A DNA stretch of 64,000 nucleotides from an uncultured Planctomycetota bacterium (GTDB lineage: Bacteria > Planctomycetota > Planctomycetia > Isosphaerales > Isosphaeraceae): the NCBI GenBank assembly GCA_963845755.1, contig CAWJTV010000036.1, forward strand, positions 160,001 through 224,000, written 5' to 3'. The position numbers were made by a program, and so were the translations under genes. The notes beneath the pieces were generated by a model. It was not told where the DNA came from, did not search any database, and worked only from the letters and a program-made list of their open reading frames with translations. Shown here in pieces: positions 54,825-64,000 of the stretch. The stretch's first letter is position 1. The number at the start of each line of letters is the position of its first letter.

Positions 54825-56431
54825 ATGAAAACCAACGATTCCGTGTCCAGGAACACCGGCGAGACGAGCAACCCTCCTCAGCCGCAGGGCATCTCTCGGC
54901 GCCAGTTGATGCTGACCGGCGGCGCGGCCGCTACCGCATTCACCATCGTGCCCCGACACGTGCTGGGCGGGGCGGGATTCGTCGCGCCCAGCGAGAAGAT
55001 CACGATGGCCTGTGTCGGCTTCGGGACCCAGGCGATCCGGGAAATCGGCGGAATCCTCGCCAGCCCGGACGTGCAGGTCGTCGCCGTCTGCGACGTCGAT
55101 AAGGAAGGGCTCCATTACCTCGAATGGAGCAAGAACGACCTCCGGACCGGCATCCGGCGACTCCTCGGGAACCCGACCTGGAGAGAAGGCGTCAACCACG
55201 TGCCCGGCGGCCTCGACGTCGGCAAGGAGATCGTGGAGACCTACTACGCCAAGCAGCGCGGCAAGGAGCAGTACAAGGGATGTGCCACCTACACGGACTT
55301 CCGCGAGCTGCTGGACAAGGAGAAGGATGTGACCGCCGTCAAGGTGATGACGCCGGATCACACCCACGCGACCATCTCGCTCGCGGCCCTGAAGAGGGGG
55401 ATGAACGTGATCGTGCACAAGCCCCTGGCGAATCGCGTGCTGGAGGCCAGGGCCGTCATCGACACGGCCCGCTCGAAGAAGATCGCCACCCACTTCATGC
55501 CGGCCAGCGAAGGCGCCGCCCAGAAACAGGCCGTGGACATGATCAAGAACGGGGCCATCGGCACGCTCCGGGAGATCCACAACTGGTCGATGCGGCCCAT
55601 GTGGCCCCAGTTCCCGACCCTGCCGGCCGACACGCCCTCGGTCCCCGCGGGTTTCGACTGGACCCTCTGGCTCGGCCCGTCGCCGGATCGGCCGTATCAC
55701 CCCAACTACACTCATACCAATTTCCGCGGCTGGTATGAGTTCGGCGCCGGATCGATCGCCGACATGGGCCATTACAGCCTCTGGCCGATTTTCCAGCTCC
55801 TCGACCTGGATTCCCCGATCAGCGTCGAATCGACACCCAGCCACGTCTGCACGGTTTCGGACAATATCTGCCGGCGGATCAAGAACGACTACTCGTTCCC
55901 GGCCGCCTGCACGATTCGCATGAGATTCGCGGCCAAGGGGGATCGGCCGGCCCTGGACATCGTCTGGTATGACGGTGGCATCAAGCCGCCCGTGCCCGAC
56001 GAACTCATGGCGGATGACCAGGAATTCTCGGAAGAAGGCATGATGTTCGTCGGCGACAAGGGGAAGATCCTGGGGGGGTTCCGCAGCGAATCCCCGCAGT
56101 TGATTCCCGAAGCGAAAATGCGTGCCTATCGGATGGCGAACAACTTGCCCGATCCTGGCCCCACGACGGCGCGGCGGTGGCGGCGGTCGGCAGGGCGGCG
56201 ACCCGTCGCGGCGCAATTCCGCATGGATCGCGGCCTTCAAAGGTGGACCGCCGAGCTATGGCGATTTCCGGCTCGCAGGCCCGATCAGCGACGCAGTGAA
56301 CCTGGCCTCGATCTCGCTGCGGCTCGGCGGCCGCAGACTTCTCTGGGATTCCGCCGGCGGCGAAGATCACGAACATCTCCGACGCGAACCGCTTCCTGAC
56401 GCGCGAGTATCGCCCGGGCTGGGAACTGTAA
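54825..56431 (+). CDS. Gfo/Idh/MocA-family oxidoreductase with Tat signal, frameshifted near the 3' end
   Basis: SRRQL, VGFGTQ, TPDHTH, HKPL, WLGP, RGWYEFGAGSIADMGHY, and terminal REYRPGWEL. Confidence 0.9.
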
Positions 56432-56445
56432 AAGGAGAATTCCTC

Positions 56446-57360
<915 letters not shown>

Positions 57361-57796
57361 TCGCGGCCGGGTCCTGTCAATAGCTCGACGCCTCGGGAGG
57401 GCGTATCCACGGTCCTTGTCCGGTTCCCTGGATTATTTCTATCGACCCAAGGGCGCTGGCTCAAGGCTCCGTCCGCATCATCGGTCGCGAAAGACGACGA
57501 TTCGCGCGGTATCGTCGCTATTCGACCCAACATCAAGCATAAAATAACTCGAACTCCAAGACATATTGGCCATTATTATAGACGTACCGTGAACGAACAC
57601 GCGAGTCCCACTAACGGACGATGGTGTGCCCAACCTGCGGGGAGCCCTGGCGGTTTCCCAACGGTTGGTTCTCAAACCCGGTTTCAGGCGGGGGACTTCC
57701 GATCCTCTACTGCTCCACGAGGATTTGGGATCCCTATACGGACGACCGGAAAGCCGAAGTGCGGCAACGAGTCCCGAACGTGGAGCAATTCTTGAG

Positions 57797-58077
57797 ATGA
57801 TCCTCACCGAACCCGAGATCGCTTACCTCCGTCGATTCTGTTGGGAGGTCTTCCACCAAGAAAACGGCCCAGACACCACGATCGACCATGCACAGGCCAC
57901 TACAACGATCTGGCTGATCTGGCCGCGACCACGGACATCGCTCCAGAAATCGTCCAGGCTGCCTATGCCGCGGACTACCAGGATACACCACCTCCGGTCG
58001 TCCCATTCCCCTGGAAGTCCCTGGAGCATCTGCACCAGAGGGCTCAGGATTTACAATTGAGTCTTTTAGATTCATGA
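57797..58077 (+). CDS. Small hypothetical protein, one frameshift
   Basis: MILTEPEIAYLRRFCWEV... continues as ...YNDLADLAATT...FPWKSLEHL; GGAG upstream. Confidence 0.45.
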
Positions 58078-58441
58078 TCAAGAGAAGAATCGGGCCCGGG
58101 CGCTCTGGGAGGAGGAAAGAGGGTCGGGAGCCATTGCCTTGGCTCTTTTCCCGCTCGATCCTTCACCGCATCTTCTCTGGCAGAATCGGCGCGATCGTCT
58201 ATCATGGATGCTGGAGCTGAGTCGAGGGAGCCGAGGCGAGACGTTCGATCGTGAAGACAATCCGCCGCATTGGAGGCTGGCTGGCCCCGTATCGGGGGTG
58301 GATGATCCGGGCGATGGGGCTGTCACTCTCGGGGACTGGGGTATCTCGCCGTATCATGCTCTGCTGGTCTTCGGCCTCTTAACCGTGCAGGTGGTGCGGA
58401 TGAATTGCACCTCTGGGCGCGACGGTTGGGAGGAGCGATGA

Positions 58442-59329
58442 TCAAGAGGGTCGGTAAAGACTCACCAGTTCCCGAAGGACCAAGATCACACGATCTAGAT
58501 CGAACGCTTGATAATCGATCACCCGCAACACCGGCCGAAGCTGGGCTTCCACCTGGTCTCGAAGGATCTGAATTCTCGCATCCGAGAGATCGGCCGATCG
58601 AGTTCCGCGCACTGAGAGCTTTGCCGCCACGAGATCAAGGACCGCACGGTCTCGATGATCGAAGTGGGCCCTTTGGACGGCGTGATCGATATCGAAGAAA
58701 TCCCGGATGGCCGGTTCCGGCCTGGTGAGCGCGGCCCGGACCTTCTCCGCATAGGCTTCCCGGATCGACACCGCCCGGACATTCACGGGAGGAAGCGCCG
58801 GCTGGGCCGAGTAAGGGTCGCGCAGCAAAGTCCGTGCGGGCAGGGTCTCGGTCGGCAAGAGATGTTCTTCCCGGAGCGAGACCTCGACCTTGATGAACTG
58901 CGCTCGCCCGTTACGACCGATTGGTAGGCCAGTTGCCCGTTATACTGCCGCGAGCTATTGTGGCCCACGAGCGGCTCGGCCAGTTCGAACGAAGCCAGAC
59001 GGTCGGTGACTCCGGTGAGATGGTCCCGGAACGGCAAGGCGGCCTGGCGACGCTGGGATGGTGTCAAGTCCGACAGCACCGAGATGGAGAAATCCAGGTC
59101 TTCGCTCAGGCGGAAGAATTCCGCGTGAACCTTGCTCAAGCAGGTGCCCCCTTTGAACACTAGGCCTTGTTCGAACGGTCCCCGGAGGTCTTGGAGGAGC
59201 AGGGAGCAATAGTAATCCTTCTCGATGAGCCGTGCGCTGAAGTCGCTTTCATCCTCGCGTGAACGACAACGCATCGCGAAACCGCGAACGATCGTCGTGA
59301 TACCAGGGACCTTCCGGCTCGCTACCCAT
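58442..59329 (-). CDS. abiEii: AbiEii-family nucleotidyltransferase toxin (type IV TA), frameshifted
   Basis: LIEKDYY, LVFKGGTCLSK, RLSEDLDF, AEKVRAALTR and RDFFD motifs. Confidence 0.88.
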
Positions 59330-60117
59330 CGTTGACGACCACTCCCCATCGCGGGTTGACTTGCCTCGTTTCTCTCGGTTCGGAATCCATGGGATGAAAC
59401 TTGAGGACGGGCGAACTTCCCGCTCCAGCCGGCGGAGCAACGCCTCCGGAACAGTTTCTCGCTCGAGGAGTTCCCCGATCCGTCGCACGGTCCCCTGGTT
59501 TCCGAATTGAACCGTCACCGGATGAGTTCCGCGGCGAACGCGTCGTCTTTTTTTACCTCTCGACGGATCCAGTCGAACGCTCTGGGAAGACCATCGAACC
59601 GCGACCAATCGTAGACCGCGTTCGACCAGCGCCCGAGCTTTCGATGCGTAGACGACATCGATCCTTTCCGGAACCCGTACGATCTCGATGCCGCCCAACC
59701 GCTCGTCGGCGATCTCGATGAACGTCAGTGAGACAGCCCCGATCTGTCGATCGCCGGAGATCCGGTTGTTGTAGACGTAGAGACGGTTCGGGACCTGGTC
59801 GGTCCAGCCATAGCGGTGGAAGACATTCGGCCCCGAGATCTGATAACGACCGCCGCGATCGCTCATCAAGGTGGAAAGGACCAGGAACTCCCCTGGACTC
59901 CAGCGCCGCCTGGAGGCAGGAGTGGAGGTACGAGGTACAGCCCCGGCCGGACCCGAGCAATCAGCCCCTTCCGCTCCAGCCGGCTCAGGACTTTCCGCTC
60001 TTGCACGGCGTTCCAACCCAGGGCGGACACAAATTCTCCCGCCGTAACCGCTTGGCGTTTCCGCCCTTGGGCGTAGGCGAGGAGCTGCGTTTCCAGGGGT
60101 CCGAGCGACATAGCCAT
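59322..60117 (-). CDS. abiEi: AbiEi-family antitoxin / transcriptional regulator, frameshifted
   Basis: wHTH-like LSRLERKGLIARVRPGLY, YQISG...YGWTDQVPNRLYVYN; overlaps the toxin start. Confidence 0.82.
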
Positions 60118-60255
60118 GGTATTCTATTTCTCGTATATCCCTTGAAAGGGGATTTAGGCGAAACATCAGTGCAAAGAGACATATCGTAAACCAATCTACA
60201 ACCTCTTGGCAATAGGGAACTTGTCTTGTGGGAGACAGATTTGTTGTGGCGTACT

Positions 60256-60291
60256 TACAACGATTGCCCTATCTCTTTGTCGTTGTATAAT
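60256..60291 (+). promoter_or_regulatory. Promoter with overlapping inverted-repeat operator between divergent abiE and XRE genes
   Basis: TTGCCC, 16-bp spacer, TATAAT, overlapped by TACAACGA-N16-TCGTTGTA. Confidence 0.55.
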
Positions 60292-60316
60292 GAATACAAT
60301 GAAGGGAGTGAATCCG

Positions 60317-63300
60317 ATGTCCACCAACAAGACATTCGGCGCTTTGTTCCGGAACAGCCGGAAGGCCCTTGGCCTGACGCTCAGTGAGTTCTGTCGTCGG
60401 AACGGGTTCGATAAAGGCAACATCAGCCGGCTCGAACGGGGATTGGTGCCGCCACCTCAAAGCCGGCCGGTTCTGGAGACCCATGCCCAAGGCGCTGAAG
60501 TTGGAGCGCGGGACTGTCTCATGGGATCGCTTCTTTGAGTTAGCCGCGGTCGAGACCGGGCGGATTCCCGACGACGTCCTGGAAGACCCGCAGGTTAGCT
60601 CTGAGGTTCTGGCTCTTTTCCGGCGAAACGGGGCGGCGGACAGGGGCATAGGAATTGGGCCAGGGCGCTGGACCTCGAAAGGTGGGCCGACAGACAGGAT
60701 GCACGGTTGACACTCCCTCAACTCATCCGCCGCCTTGTTTGGAAGACTGGCAAGGCTCTCCTCGTACCACCTGAGTTCCCCGCCCACGAACAAGTCCAGC
60801 GCCACGGTTGGGATGGTATTGTCGTGGCGGGGGAGGCGGATCCCTTTGTGCCCGAGGGTACCAGCGCATGGGAGTTAAGCGTAGAGAAGACCCCGCAGAA
60901 GAAGGCGGAGGGCGATTTCAACAAGCGGACGAAAGATCTCCGCGGCCTGATCCCAGAGCAGACGACGATCATCTTCGTCACCCTGCGAAAGTGGCAGAAC
61001 AAGGAAGATTGGCGCCAGGCCAAGCAGGAGCTTGGGATCTGGAAGGAGGTGCTCGTCTACGATTCGGCTACGCTCGAGGTATGGCTGGAGCAAGCAACGG
61101 CCGTCGATGCCTGGCTGGCGGGAATCCTGGGCAAGAAGCCCCCAGGGTTGAGCACTATCGACGATTATTGGGCGAATCTCCAGGCGATGACCGATCCGAG
61201 CTTGAAGCCGGAGGTGTTCCTCGCCTCTCGTGAGGATGCGGTCAAGGAACTGAAGAAATGGCTCAATGGCCCACCGGACGCGATCGAGATCCAAGCGAGG
61301 TCGCGAGTCGAGGCGATCGATTTCGTCATGGCTGCATACAATCAGGACCAATCACAGGCGGACTGGTTCGGCGCGGGCCTTGATCGTGGAGAGCCGAGAT
61401 GCATGGCGAGACGTTTCGGCCGCCGAGGACGCCGGGCTACTCCTCATTGCCCACCCCTTCCTCTCGATCGAGCATGAGTTGGTTGCGGAGGCGGTGCGCC
61501 GCGGGCATCACGTCCTCGTCTCCTCGATCGAGGCGTCCAGAGAGACTGTGTCGAGCATCCAACTTCCACGTGTTTACCGTCACGACCTGGAAAAGGCGCT
61601 GGTTTCGTCGGGACTCCAAGGAATTGATGCGGCCGATAAAGGCGCAAGGCCGGAGGCAGCCTGATCGTGTTGAAGCGACTCCTCGGACGACTTCCGGGTA
61701 CGACTCGGCCCGATTGGAGCCAACCGCCCGAAGTCCGTGCGCTGGTGCCGATGCTGCTGGCCGGAAGCTGGGATGAAAGCTCGGAAGGCGACCGCTTAGT
61801 TATCGAAACGCTCGCGGGACGTCCCTATCGCGAAGTCGTGGAAGTCGCCTCACGCTGGCGGCTGCCCCCGGATGTCGCCGCTTGTACTCGTTGGCCCCCG
61901 CTGGAGTCTCGTCTCGCGTGATGATTCCTGGCATTTGCTCGGTTCCGCAGTGACGCCCGAGGATTTCCGCCGGTTTGAGGAAGTCGTGCTGGACGTGCTC
62001 GCGGAGGACGATCCCACTTACGAACTGATCCCGGCGCAGCGCTGGAGCGCTAGCCTCCAAGGCAAGGGATCTCGATATTCTCCGACCCTCCGCAATGGGC
62101 TTGCCGAGACACTGGCGATCCTCGGATCAAGGCCGACACAACTGACCGGTGGCCCTGGCATAAACGGCCGAGTCGACCAGATCGTACAAACGCTATTGGA
62201 CCGCCAAGAGTGGCTCCGCTGGGTCTCGCTCTCGCAACAGCTACCTCTCTTGGCCGAGGCCAGCCCCGATACGTTCCTGGAGGCCGCCGAGCGGGATCTG
62301 AAGAGAGCAACACCTGCCCTGGTGAAGCTGTTTGAGCAAGAGGGCAACTGGCTCATCGCATTGAACCCCCATTCGGGGCTTCTCAGGGCGCTCGAAGTGT
62401 TGGCCTGGGACCGCGAGCTGCTGCCAAGGGTGAGCATGATCCTTGCTACGCTCGATGAGAAGATCCCGCCTACCGAACTGGGCGAGAGCCCTTCCGGGAG
62501 CCTGCTGCGGATTCTCGCATCGTGGCCTCCGCAGACCACTGCACCGATCGAGGAAAGGATCAGGGTGCTGAAGAGGCTTGCCGAAAGACGGCATGATGCC
62601 GCGTGGCAACTCCTCATCGATCTCCTGCCCAACCAGCAACCAATGCCGACGCCGATCCATTGGCCTTCGTGGCGAGACTGGGCGCTCTCCTGGTCCGGTC
62701 GGATACGTATCACTGATTATGGGCACCAGGTCGTCGCCTGCGGCACGCTTACTTGTCGAGCATCTCGGCGACGACGTCAAAAGGTGGAAGGCACTCATGA
62801 AGCAGTTCGACAATCTTCCCGGCCAGGTGCAAACAGAGTATCTCGAGCGACTGGGCAAGTTGGCCGACAACACCCTCGATGAGGAAATACGGCGCGTGGT
62901 CTCAGATTCAATCCGAGAGAAAGTGTCCGAGCATCGTCGGTTCTCAAACACCGAGTTGGCATTACCCGCGAAGATCCTTTCCGAACTGGAACTGGTTCAG
63001 AGCCGTTTCGAGCCTGAAGACCCGGCACGGAGGAACGCCTGGCTGTTCGGGCCGTTTTGGCAGGTTGTCCAAACACTCGAAGGCCAAGAGGAGCGAGTCA
63101 AGGAGCTTCGCCGTGCCAGCCTTCGGGAGATACTCGATCAGAGCGGCTGGCATGGCGTTCAAAGGCTCATTGAGACGGTGGAAGCTCCCGCGGAGGTCGG
63201 GACAGTATTCGCAGAGGTCGGATCTGCCAAGAGCGAAGCGAGAATCTTGCCCGCACTGCTTGAATCGGCCGTCGAAAAGGCTGTCTGGTTCGCTCAAGGA

Positions 63301-64000
63301 TACATCAGGGGGTGTTTTCAGAGGGATGGCTGGGGCTGGATCAATCGGCTGAGGATGGATCACTGGTCTGCGGAGCAGATTGCACGAGTCCTGGTCGAGT
63401 TGCCGTTTAAGCGACAGATATGGGAGTATGCCGCGGAGAAGGGTGACGAAGTTGCGGACTTGTACTGGAACAAAACACGGGCTCGTCCTTTTACTCAAGG
63501 GGAGGATGGCGGTGAGGCCAGCCACGCCGTCGCGATGCTCCTCAAGCACAAGAGACCTTCGGCGGCGCTCGAACTTCTTCGGACAGCGATTCACCACAAA
63601 GTCGCCCTGGAGACGAGCTTGCTTATGGATGCGATCGAGACTTGGTTGGAGCCATTAGCCGATGCTGGAGAGCCGGACCGAAGACGAAGCGCAAGGCAAG
63701 ACATTCTCCTCGTCTTTCAGGAGCTGCAAAGGAGGGTAGAGCAGGAGGATCCTGGAGTCGATCGCAACCGACTGGCGAAGGTCGAATTGGCCTGCCTCGG
63801 GCTGGTGGAGGGGTATCCGGAATTCCCCTTCACCCTTCACCGATTGCTCGGGGACGAAGCCGAGTTTTTCGTCCAGGTATTGGGACTCGCGTACGAACCG
63901 AAGAACGAGGCAGGGCAAGTCAGCAAAGAGGTCGCGGTGGAAGAAAACCAGCGAGCTCGAAATGCGGACGGGTTGCTCAGATATTGGCATGACGTTCCTG
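60317..64000 (+). CDS. Large XRE-HTH + PD-(D/E)xK-like nuclease + helical-domain protein, multiple frameshifts, runs off the window
   Basis: N-terminal HTH (RKALGLTLSEFCRRNGFDKGNISRLERG). The next frame opens after TGA at 60604 with no ATG and reads NWARALDLERWADRQDARLTLPQLIRRLV...GWDG...SAWELS...KAEGDFNKRT. Later LPLLAEASPDTFL. Confidence 0.75.

Noticed and set aside
41159..56240. Long antisense ORFs such as 41159-43321, 46878-48392 and 54771-56240
   Set aside because: They lie opposite well-supported genes and reflect high-GC codon bias; no motifs are recognisable.

Overview
GC-rich bacterial DNA, most likely from a planctomycete (Isosphaeraceae-like), judged from the DUF1549/DUF1553-DUF1501 pair, sulfatase, TPR Ser/Thr kinase and repeat types. 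Many long genes are split by single-base frameshifts, including housekeeping pyrD, which suggests uncorrected long-read indels rather than true pseudogenes. The first 28 kb is mostly core or metabolic: an NRPS start with a JmjC oxygenase, DUF1549/1553 and DUF1501 genes, tatA-like genes, an FTR1/P19 iron-uptake operon with a Fur-like box, pyrD and a sulfatase. The 28-41 kb segment is a repeat-dense accessory island with two IS3 copies, MITEs, a group II intron 5' fragment, nucleases and an orphan toxin-immunity-like pair. At 47-54.7 kb lies a myxobacterial-type (type XIII-like) retron locus: WGR/ARM-repeat gene, SWIM zinc-finger gene, ncRNA region and an intact RT. The most striking observation is that a dedicated sigma70-like promoter precedes what look like two tandem, separately closed msr-msd-like cassettes (about 257 nt and 145 nt) in front of a single RT. 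From 58 to 64 kb there is an AbiE type IV toxin-antitoxin pair and a large XRE-HTH/nuclease-like fusion gene that runs off the window.
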